Source of the DNA: a virus
IMG/VR virus record: IMGVR_UViG_3300028045_000008
Location: 32,001-96,000 of that record
Reading direction: 5' to 3' (one strand)
DNA: 64,000 nucleotides
The notes beneath the pieces are model-generated. The model had not been told where the DNA came from. It did not search any database and saw only the letters and a program-made list of their open reading frames with translations. Shown in pieces: positions 1 to 8,336 of this stretch. Within the stretch, counting starts at the first letter, position 1. The number at the start of each line of letters is the position of its first letter. Both the position numbers and the translations under genes were made by a program.

Positions 1-12
1 AAGTTTTATAAG

Positions 13-20
13 ACTATTTA
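13..20 (+). promoter_or_regulatory. Putative phage late promoter ACTATTTA (scaffold/MCP)
   Basis: The same octamer recurs before structural genes. Confidence 0.65.
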
Positions 21-51
21 TCTTTGAGGTAATTTTTTAAGGAGTTCACAG

Positions 52-1032
52 ATGTCTTCACTTTTGGAACAAGCTATAATAGACGCATCAGCATTAAAAG
101 AGGCTGCTGTAAAAAACGCGGAAACGGCAATATTGAATAAATATTCAAATGATATCAAAGAGGCGGTTGAGAGCCTTTTGGAGCAGGAGGATGATTTCTC
201 CGACGCTGCCATGGACACCGACACCGAGGCCGAAACGCCGGACATTAAATTGGCTGGCGCCCCACCGGAAGAGAATGTCGAGGAAGTCATTACTCTTGAC
301 TTTGAAGAGTTAAAAGAGATGGCAGAGACTTTGGCAGAGAAGGATCAGGAACTGATCGGGAACGAATACCAGCATGCCGCTGCCGAAGAAGAGGCTACTA
401 CGCTGCCCTCTCCGGAAGAGGACGTCGAGGCAGTTTCTGTTGACGTGGCTCTAGAAGAAGATATGGATTTATCGGCCCTGAGTGACATCTTGGAAGAATT
501 AGTGGTTGATATCGATCCACGCAAATCAGGCTGGGCCGGCACCCCAGAAAGTATTATGGCGCACAACGAAGAGTTGGAACTAGCGCGCCTCTCGTCTACC
601 GAGGCGCAAGAGAAGGCCGCCGCGTTGAAAGACGCTGTAGAGAGACTTTCTGAAGAAAAACAAACTTTAAAAAATAAAAACACAAAGATTATTGAAGCTT
701 TTAAGGCTTTAAAAGAGAATTTTGATAAAGTAAATTTATCAAACGCAAGATTACTCTATACAAATCGCATTTTGACAAACGACTCCTTGAATGAGCGACA
801 AAAACATAAAATTGTCGAAGCTTTGTCTACTGCTATTTCTATTGAGGAAGCAAAGGTTATTTTCGAGACTCTAGAATGCGCAGTGGGTAGTGTATCAGGT
901 AAAGCGCGACCACAATCACTCCGCGAGACTATTGAACGACCTTCTGCCACTTTACCTAGAAGAGCACCAGCTAGAAATACAGAAACTCCAGTAATGGAAA
1001 GGATGAAAATTCTAGCAGGTATTAAAAATTAG
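52..1032 (+). CDS. Prohead core/scaffold protein (T4 gp22-like)
   Basis: Acidic coiled-coil protein directly upstream of the MCP, with many L-x-E motifs and C-terminal MERMKILAGIKN. AGGAG RBS and putative late motif upstream. Confidence 0.75.
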   Translation: MSSLLEQAIIDASALKEAAVKNAETAILNKYSNDIKEAVESLLEQEDDFSDAAMDTDTEAETPDIKLAGAPPEENVEEVITLDFEELKEMAETLAEKDQELIGNEYQHAAAEEEATTLPSPEEDVEAVSVDVALEEDMDLSALSDILEELVVDIDPRKSGWAGTPESIMAHNEELELARLSSTEAQEKAAALKDAVERLSEEKQTLKNKNTKIIEAFKALKENFDKVNLSNARLLYTNRILTNDSLNERQKHKIVEALSTAISIEEAKVIFETLECAVGSVSGKARPQSLRETIERPSATLPRRAPARNTETPVMERMKILAGIKN

Positions 1033-1057
1033 ATAACAAATTAGGAGATAATAAAAA

Positions 1058-2764
1058 ATGTCTATTTTAAATAAATTAACTGAAGGTATCGTTCGACGCG
1101 ATCTTTCTAAAGAAGGTGCCGCTCTTCTCTCCAAGTGGGAAAAGACTGGTCTTCTTGAAGGGATTTCAAATGAGCGTGCCAAGCACGGAATGGCTTCGTT
1201 GCTTGAAAACCAAGCCAAAGAGCTTCTTCGTGAAGCATCCACAATGGCTGGCGCCGGCGGCGGTGACGTCGAAGGCTTCGCTTCTGTGGCTTTCCCAATT
1301 GTCCGCCGAGTATTCGGTGGATTGATCGCAAACGACCTCGTTTCGGTTCAACCTATGAGCCTCCCATCGGGACTCATTTTCTTCCTTGACTTCACTTATC
1401 ATAATAATCGCCTCGACACAGCGAGGAATACTTCGGTATACGGTGGTGGACAAGTTGCTTCGCAAATCACTGGCGGCGTTTCGCTCGCTGGAAACGAAGC
1501 AGAGCAGAGCTTTTACGCCCTGAACAACGGATACACAAGTCCGACTGGTACCGTAGGTGGCCTTTCTATTACAGCAGTTCTTTCTGGTGTTGTCGGTGAT
1601 CCAACTGCAGGTGACGATGTCGATCGCATTTGTCGTTTTGATCCCGATTTGGTAGGCGCCGCAGTAGCTATCGCACCCGTTACCTTGTCAGACCTGACGG
1701 ACGGCCAGTTAAACATCAAAGATTATGTAACAATCACTCTTAATCTTGATGGTACCATGAATCCTGACCAAGTACGTCGACTAACGCGAGATGTCAACGC
1801 AAATGATGTCGCTGCTGGCCTTACCGCCGGCGATCTTGTCCTTGTTTGTTCGACCGGACTGGGCGCAGGAGAAATTGCAAACTCTGTAACTTCCATAGAG
1901 TCCGCAAATTCCGCCTCTTTCGTAATCGATGACGCCTTCCAGGCAGCCGGTGCTATTGGTTCAGTTGAAGGTATCGACATTTGGGGCCTTGAGAACGAAG
2001 AGCGCATCCCAGAAATCGACATCAAGGTCGATTCCGTGGCTGTCACTGCGAAGACCAAGAAGCTCAAAGCTAAGTGGACGCCTGAACTGGCACAAGATCT
2101 GAATGCTTATCACAATCTCGATGCAGAGGTTGAGTTGACCAGTATTCTGTCTGAGCACATCGCTCTTGAAATCGACCAAGAAATCTTGGAAGACCTCATC
2201 AAGGGTGCTACTGCTGAAACCCTCCACTGGTCCAGGTTTCCTGGAAAATTCGTGAATCGCCAAACCGGCGCCGCCTTGGATTCCATAACTAACGGTTTCC
2301 CAGACTTCACCGGCAACGTTAGCGAATGGTACGAGACCCTCGTTGAAACTATTAACGACGTCTCCGCACAGATCCACAGAAAGACTCTTCGTGGTGGCGC
2401 TAACTTCATCGTTGTTTCACCTGAAGTTGCAAACCTCCTCGAATTCACTGCTGGATTCCGCGGCTCTGTCACTCACGATGATGATCGTGGGCAAGTTGGA
2501 GCAGTTAGAGTTGGCTCTTTGAGCAAGAAGTTTGACGTGTATGTCGATCCTTACTTCCCGAGAAACGTTGTTCTCGCTGGTCGCAAGGGTTCTTCGTTCC
2601 TCGAAAGTGGATACGTTTACGCTCCTTATGTGCCTCTCCAAATGACTCCTACCATCTTTGGTACCGAGGATTTCGTGCCGCGCAAAGGCGTCATGACTCG
2701 TTACGCTAAGAAGATGGTTCGTCCTGATATGTATGGACTTGTCATTGTTCAAGATCTCGCATAA
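1058..2764 (+). CDS. gp23: Major capsid protein, T4 gp23 family
   Basis: Motifs VSVQPMSLPSGLIF, TAKTKKLKAKWTPELAQDL, DAEVELTSILSEHIALEIDQEI, GYVYAPYVPL and GVMTRY. Confidence 0.96.
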   Translation: MSILNKLTEGIVRRDLSKEGAALLSKWEKTGLLEGISNERAKHGMASLLENQAKELLREASTMAGAGGGDVEGFASVAFPIVRRVFGGLIANDLVSVQPMSLPSGLIFFLDFTYHNNRLDTARNTSVYGGGQVASQITGGVSLAGNEAEQSFYALNNGYTSPTGTVGGLSITAVLSGVVGDPTAGDDVDRICRFDPDLVGAAVAIAPVTLSDLTDGQLNIKDYVTITLNLDGTMNPDQVRRLTRDVNANDVAAGLTAGDLVLVCSTGLGAGEIANSVTSIESANSASFVIDDAFQAAGAIGSVEGIDIWGLENEERIPEIDIKVDSVAVTAKTKKLKAKWTPELAQDLNAYHNLDAEVELTSILSEHIALEIDQEILEDLIKGATAETLHWSRFPGKFVNRQTGAALDSITNGFPDFTGNVSEWYETLVETINDVSAQIHRKTLRGGANFIVVSPEVANLLEFTAGFRGSVTHDDDRGQVGAVRVGSLSKKFDVYVDPYFPRNVVLAGRKGSSFLESGYVYAPYVPLQMTPTIFGTEDFVPRKGVMTRYAKKMVRPDMYGLVIVQDLA

Positions 2765-2796
2765 TAGCTAAATAGCTGAAAATAAGAGAATTTAAT

Positions 2797-2829
2797 GCCC
2801 TCCCACTTTTTGTGGGGGGGTTTTGTTTA
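2797..2829 (+). terminator. Rho-independent terminator after MCP
   Basis: GCCCTCCCAC-TTTTT-GTGGGGGGG stem followed by TTTTGTTT. Confidence 0.8.
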
Positions 2830-2836
2830 TGTGGAA

Positions 2837-2844
2837 ACTACTTA
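2837..2844 (+). promoter_or_regulatory. Putative late promoter ACTACTTA (neck-yeaH-spoVR-prkA unit)
   Basis: Immediately after the MCP terminator and before the RBS. Confidence 0.65.
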
Positions 2845-2863
2845 GTCTAGGAGGCCCCCGAAC

Positions 2864-4132
2864 ATGGCATTACCAACTTTAACACCGGCAAGTCAGATGA
2901 GCAAGGCTATCTTACCACCGACTGGCAATGTGGATGATGTCTCTGTCGCAGTGCCTTACGGCATGTATAATAGCTCCCCCGGTTTTCTATCTGGCGCCGC
3001 AACCCAGGTGGCTTATACCTATAAGAAGCTGGGAGGAGATGTTCTCGATATCGAGCTTAAATCTGCTAATGTCTATGCGAATTACGAAGACGCGGTTCTT
3101 GAGTATAGTTACTTGGTCAATCTTCACCAAACAAAAAACATCCTTTCTGATGTCCTTGGTCAGGCAACTGGAACATTTGATCACAATGGCGAATCTCTAA
3201 CTGGGCCCGAAAATGTAAATTTAAAGTATCCACGCGTTATGTTCGAGTATGCACGCCGCGTCGGCGATGGAATATCTTTTGAAGCAAATGTTGGTGGAAC
3301 TATCCCTATTTACTCCGCTTCTTTTAAACTGGAGCAGGATAGGCAAGACTATGACTTGCAAGCCATAATATCATCTTCCGCCGCGACCGGAGTGGGAGCA
3401 ACCGGAGATCCGGTACCGTATGCCGGCATTGTGGGGGATAAAAGAGTTATCGTAAAGAAGGTTTACTATAAGACGCCTCACGCCATGTGGAGATTCTTTG
3501 GGTATTTCGGAGGACTAAACGTGGTTGGCAATATGAACTACTATGGGCAGTTTACTGATGATTCCTCATTTGAACTGATCCCGACTTGGCAAAACAAGCT
3601 CCAAGCTATGGCTTTCGAGGATAATCTGTGGACAAGGTTATCTCACTATTCTTATGAACTGAGAGATAATAAGCTAAGAATATACCCCGTACCTCAGTTG
3701 CTGAGTACTTATTTATATATGTGGGTTGAATTTTCCGTCATTCCAAATAGTTGGGATGAGCCCAGCAACTACAAATCTGGGACTGATGGAATAAACAACT
3801 TAAATACTATCCCTTTTGATAATCTGCCGTATGAGAATATTAACGCCATTGGAAAGCAGTGGATTCGAAGATTCGCACTCGCTTTGTCCAAGGAAACTCT
3901 TGGTCAGATTAGGGGAAAGTTTCAGACTATTCCCATTCCAGGGGAATCTGTAACTCTTAATGCCTCTGATTTACTATCTCAGGCAAAAGATGAGCAGGAT
4001 AAGCTGAGAACAGAATTGAAAGAGATTATGGACCAGTTAACTTATGTAGAGGTGGCCAAGAGTGATGCAGATAAGGTTGAGTCCGTTGGGAAGATATTTA
4101 AAACTATTCCAAAACTTATTTATCAAGGATAA
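2864..4132 (+). CDS. Neck/head-tail adaptor protein (gp13-like)
   Basis: Lies after the MCP. DVLDIEL near the N-terminus and WIRRFALALSKETLGQIRGKF resemble gp13. Confidence 0.75.
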   Translation: MALPTLTPASQMSKAILPPTGNVDDVSVAVPYGMYNSSPGFLSGAATQVAYTYKKLGGDVLDIELKSANVYANYEDAVLEYSYLVNLHQTKNILSDVLGQATGTFDHNGESLTGPENVNLKYPRVMFEYARRVGDGISFEANVGGTIPIYSASFKLEQDRQDYDLQAIISSSAATGVGATGDPVPYAGIVGDKRVIVKKVYYKTPHAMWRFFGYFGGLNVVGNMNYYGQFTDDSSFELIPTWQNKLQAMAFEDNLWTRLSHYSYELRDNKLRIYPVPQLLSTYLYMWVEFSVIPNSWDEPSNYKSGTDGINNLNTIPFDNLPYENINAIGKQWIRRFALALSKETLGQIRGKFQTIPIPGESVTLNASDLLSQAKDEQDKLRTELKEIMDQLTYVEVAKSDADKVESVGKIFKTIPKLIYQG

Positions 4133-4135
4133 ACT

Positions 4136-5011
4136 ATGAGCAGCGAAAAAGAAAAGTTCCAAGGTTTTCGTCCCTATTTCAAAGAAGAAATACTAGATGA
4201 CAAGCCAGTTCCGCTGAAGGACATCTCGCTGATGCCATCAACTGTAGAGACCATAGATTTGGCTCTTTACGACTGGGTGAACGAAGAAATGGATCTATAC
4301 TGCACAACTAACGAGGGATGGAAAAAAGTGCCAATAATCTGGTCAATGCCAGAACGAGCATATCAGACAAAAAACGATAAAGACCTTAGAAATTCTAATA
4401 ACATCTTCACTTTTCCAGTAATATCAATTGAAAGGACTTCGCTTATAAAAGATCCTGCGATGAAGGGTGTCGCATGGGCCCACCTACCGCAATACAACGA
4501 TCCTAGAGGGGGCGCCATCGAAGTTTCTAGGAGAATCCAGCAAGATAAGACATCCAACTTCGCAAACGCTACGTCACAGAGAAGATTCAAGCAGCAGAAT
4601 TTCCCACTCAATAACAAGAAGGTGGTTTACGAAACTATCACTATGCCAATCCCGACATATGTTGTAGCGACTTATTCTATGGTTATCAGTACTGAATATC
4701 AGCAGCAGATGAACGAGATATTTACTCCATTTCTTACAACTACAGGCCAAATCAATAATTTTTTCATTCACCGTGATGGTCACAAATTTGAAGGGTTCAT
4801 TCAGAATGATCCCGCACTAGATAACACTTTATCAAATCTGGCTGAAGAAGAGAGGAAGTTCAAGACCACTATCGATTTGAAGATACTGGGATACCTGCTG
4901 AGCGCTGGAAAGAATGACGAGCGCCCTAAAGTCACTATTAGGGAGAATGCTGTCGAAGTTAAGATGCCCAGAGAGAGGGTTATATTCGGTGATAAGAAGG
5001 AATATAAATAA
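4136..5011 (+). CDS. Tail completion/sheath stabiliser (gp15-like)
   Basis: KVPIIW...FPVISIER...P-x-YV-x-ATY...QQMNEI pattern, in the neck cluster. Confidence 0.65.
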   Translation: MSSEKEKFQGFRPYFKEEILDDKPVPLKDISLMPSTVETIDLALYDWVNEEMDLYCTTNEGWKKVPIIWSMPERAYQTKNDKDLRNSNNIFTFPVISIERTSLIKDPAMKGVAWAHLPQYNDPRGGAIEVSRRIQQDKTSNFANATSQRRFKQQNFPLNNKKVVYETITMPIPTYVVATYSMVISTEYQQQMNEIFTPFLTTTGQINNFFIHRDGHKFEGFIQNDPALDNTLSNLAEEERKFKTTIDLKILGYLLSAGKNDERPKVTIRENAVEVKMPRERVIFGDKKEYK

Positions 5012-5835
5012 TGGCTGATGACAATAAATGGAGCAAGCCATCAAATCCGCCACCACCGCTTTTTCTTGGAGAGAACGAGAGAAACTTAGTTAAGCAGGTT
5101 AATGATGAGTTAATCGAGCGTGTCATTGGCCAAGCCATTACTTATCTCCCTGTTTCTATGGAAAGAACAAATTTCCACCCACTATATGGTGAAGCAATTG
5201 AAAAGAGTTTCATGCCTCCAGTTAGGGTGTATGCCCTTGTAGAATTTGAGGGAATCACCACCACCACGGATCACTACGGCCTAGATAAGGAGTATCCCAT
5301 AACGGTAAGATTTCACGAGAGGAGACTCCACGAAGATCAGGATCTCTATGTCAGAGAAGGGGATTATGTTCAGTACGGAACATCATTTTTTGAAATTGTG
5401 TCTCTCAAGGAAGATCGTCAGCTTTTCGGACAGGTAGACCATCTTTTCCAGATTGAGGCCAAATGTATAAAAACGAGAAAAGGCCTGATAGACCTGAATG
5501 TTCTTCCATCTGACACCATCGCCGCTATCCTTGAGTCGTCCGAAACATCATCTGAGTCCGAGGAATCTGGTGGATCTGGTGGATCTTCGATCGCCAGGAT
5601 ATGTTATGTCAACGACGCCACGGTGGATATAGCACCGGATACGTCTCTCAACGGCTTTCTGGGAGTGGGAGAGCTATCTACAGTCACCGCCGCAGTATAT
5701 GAGAACGGCATGAGACAAAAGCTAACAGGACTCCCGGCTACCGGAGACTATTATATCGATGATGGCGAATTATATAGCATCGTGGAGATTGAGGAAGGAC
5801 AACGTGTCTTAGTGGAGGTTTTAACTTTAGTATGA
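5011..5835 (+). CDS. Neck/head closure protein (gp14-like) with C-terminal extension
   Basis: ELIERVIGQAITYLP, LYGE, VREGD and FFEIV motifs, then a Ser/Glu/Gly linker and an extra beta-rich domain. Confidence 0.7.
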   Translation: MADDNKWSKPSNPPPPLFLGENERNLVKQVNDELIERVIGQAITYLPVSMERTNFHPLYGEAIEKSFMPPVRVYALVEFEGITTTTDHYGLDKEYPITVRFHERRLHEDQDLYVREGDYVQYGTSFFEIVSLKEDRQLFGQVDHLFQIEAKCIKTRKGLIDLNVLPSDTIAAILESSETSSESEESGGSGGSSIARICYVNDATVDIAPDTSLNGFLGVGELSTVTAAVYENGMRQKLTGLPATGDYYIDDGELYSIVEIEEGQRVLVEVLTLV

Positions 5836-7034
5836 GTACATTTCGCGAGCATAAATCAGTTGCTGACCGCTCTGCTGCAGACCGTAAGCGCCATAAAAGA
5901 AAGATCGAGAAAGCCCTTAAAGAAGGCATCAAGGACGTGGTTGCAGACGAGTCGATTATCGGACAGGACGGAAAAAAGAAAGTAAAAATCCCCGTTAAAG
6001 GAATTAAAGAGTATCAATTCATTTACGGAGAAAACAAGAGTAATAAAAAAGCAGCTTCAGCGGGAGATAAACAGGTAAAAAAAGGGCAAATACTAAGAAA
6101 AAAGCCACAGAAAGGAAAGGGATCTGGAAAGAAGGCGAGTAATGAGCCCGGCGAGGAATACTATGAAGTAGAGATAACGTTGGACGAACTCGCAGAGTAT
6201 TTATTCGAAAACCTAAATTTGCCAGACCTACAAAAAAAGAAATTTAGATTTATCAAGGACAAAAAGCTTAGAAGAAAAGGGTACCGAAAGAAGGGGATCC
6301 GAACGAGACTCTCTAAGAAAGAAACGATAAAAAGAAAAATAAGAAGAAAGAAGCGTGCCATCGCAAGCGGAACTTTTGATCCGAATGGGGAAGAGAGATT
6401 CCCATTTCACCAGGATGACCTAAAATATAAACATATGAAGGAAAAGGACGTTGAAAGCAGTTCTGCTGTAGTCTTTTTCTTGATGGATGTATCAGGCTCT
6501 ATGGATAAACAGAAAAAGTACCTGGCTCGAAGCTTCTACTTCCTGTTATATCAATTTTTGCGGTACAGATATGAGAATATAGAAGTGGTCTTCATATCCC
6601 ACTCAACTGATGCCAAAGAAGTCAGCGAATCAGAGTTTTTTGAAAGAGCAACCTCCGGAGGCACCCTGATGTCTTCTGCTCTTGAGATGGAGAAGGAAAT
6701 TATAGAAAAGAGATATCACCCATCGTCGTGGAACATTTACACCTTTTATTGTGGTGATGGCGAAAACTGGTCGATAGATAACAAGAAATCACTAGACCTC
6801 ATAAAGAGTCTGTCTGAAATTAATCAGATGTTCTGCTATGCTGAGATCAATCCATTTCTGGCTCACGGATCAGATAACGATACATATTTCGCATTCAATA
6901 GTTCTCTGGATCCAAGCAGTATGTGGACTCGTCTGGCCCCACTTGAGAGTGAGGGGATAAAGAGAGTGAAGATCGCCGAGTCTAAGGACATTTGGCCTTC
7001 TTTTAATAAAATATTTGGAGGAGACCTCCCATGA
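5832..7034 (+). CDS. yeaH: YeaH/YhbH (DUF444) family vWA-domain protein
   Basis: DRKRH, VKIPVKGIKEY, YYEVEITLDEL, LNLPDL, MIDAS motif MDVSGSM, SGGT and GDGENW. ATGA overlap with the gp14-like stop. Confidence 0.92.
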   Translation: MSTFREHKSVADRSAADRKRHKRKIEKALKEGIKDVVADESIIGQDGKKKVKIPVKGIKEYQFIYGENKSNKKAASAGDKQVKKGQILRKKPQKGKGSGKKASNEPGEEYYEVEITLDELAEYLFENLNLPDLQKKKFRFIKDKKLRRKGYRKKGIRTRLSKKETIKRKIRRKKRAIASGTFDPNGEERFPFHQDDLKYKHMKEKDVESSSAVVFFLMDVSGSMDKQKKYLARSFYFLLYQFLRYRYENIEVVFISHSTDAKEVSESEFFERATSGGTLMSSALEMEKEIIEKRYHPSSWNIYTFYCGDGENWSIDNKKSLDLIKSLSEINQMFCYAEINPFLAHGSDNDTYFAFNSSLDPSSMWTRLAPLESEGIKRVKIAESKDIWPSFNKIFGGDLP

Positions 7035-8335
7035 AAGACTGGACCATAAAAGAGTTACAAAGATATGACAAGGAAATCTGTAAAATTGCAGAAGAAAAAT
7101 ATGCCCTCGATTGGTTTCCTATAGAATATGAGATTCTAGATTATCATGAGATGCTGGGCGCCATGGCCTACAGTGGCTTGCCAACTCACTATCGTCACTG
7201 GTCATTCGGAAAAAACTTTGAAAGAACTTCTACTCGATACAATCTTGGAATGGAGGGCTTACCCTATGAGATGATCATAAACAGTAATCCAAGCATAGCC
7301 TATCTGATGCTTGAGAATCCAATGAGCATCCATCTGCTGACTATGGCTCACTGTGTTGGTCATTCTGATTTTTTTAAAAATAATCGCATGTTCAAAGAGA
7401 CAGATCCATCAAATATTATATCTAGGTTTAAATCTGCCTCAAAAAGAGTAAGAGATTATATAGAGGATCCCAGCATTGGAATCGATAGAGTGGAGGCGAT
7501 CTTAGACGCTTGCCACTCCATACAGTACCAAGTACCAAGAATTCCAGGCATTGTGAGAAGCCCAGCTAGCTCGAAAGAGGATAAAAACAACGAAGACAAT
7601 AAAAATTTGATTGGCGATTTGTTCCGTTTCGAAAATATTGAAGACTACAACTTGCTTGGTTTTATAAAAAACAATTCTCGCAATCTTGAAGACTGGCAAA
7701 GAGATCTGGTGGGGATGGTAGAGAGAAGGTCCTCGTACTTCATACCACAGGCTAGGACAAAGATTATGAATGAGGGCTGGGCTGTGATGATTCATGAAAA
7801 AATAATGAATGATCTAAACTTGCCGGACAAATATCAAATAGCCTTTTTGAAATCACACAACCAGGTCGTCCGTCCAATGTTGGGTAGGATCAATCCTTAT
7901 CATCTTGGCTACAACATGTTTAAGAAGATAGAGAGGGATCACGGATTCGAAGAGTGCAAGCTGGTTCGCGAGATTCATGACGATGAAGCGTTCATAAGAA
8001 AGTACTTGGATGAGGAAATGTGTAAAGAATTGAATCTCTTTAGCTACTCTTACAATAAGCCAGGTAGAAAATACGCAATTAATGACATTTCTGACAAAGA
8101 AGGGTGGAAAAGCGTGAGGGACGCCCTAATTAGTAATGTGGGACTTAACAGCGTCCCAGTTGTGCGCGTTGATAAATTTAATAAAAAAATGAATATTTTA
8201 TATCTAAAGCATGAACATGATGGTCGCGACTTGGAGATTAGCTACGCAAACAAAGTGTACGATCACATTAAATTTTTGTGGGATGATGATATAATATTTA
8301 CTTCCATTCTGGAAGGTGAACTATGGGAATTTTAA
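7031..8335 (+). CDS. spoVR: SpoVR/YcgB family protein
   Basis: GLPTHYRHWSFGK, YEMIINSNP, AHCVGHSDFFKNN, YFIPQARTKIMNEGWA and NPYHLG. ATGA overlap with yeaH. Confidence 0.95.
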   Translation: MKDWTIKELQRYDKEICKIAEEKYALDWFPIEYEILDYHEMLGAMAYSGLPTHYRHWSFGKNFERTSTRYNLGMEGLPYEMIINSNPSIAYLMLENPMSIHLLTMAHCVGHSDFFKNNRMFKETDPSNIISRFKSASKRVRDYIEDPSIGIDRVEAILDACHSIQYQVPRIPGIVRSPASSKEDKNNEDNKNLIGDLFRFENIEDYNLLGFIKNNSRNLEDWQRDLVGMVERRSSYFIPQARTKIMNEGWAVMIHEKIMNDLNLPDKYQIAFLKSHNQVVRPMLGRINPYHLGYNMFKKIERDHGFEECKLVREIHDDEAFIRKYLDEEMCKELNLFSYSYNKPGRKYAINDISDKEGWKSVRDALISNVGLNSVPVVRVDKFNKKMNILYLKHEHDGRDLEISYANKVYDHIKFLWDDDIIFTSILEGELWEF

Positions 8336-8336
8336 A

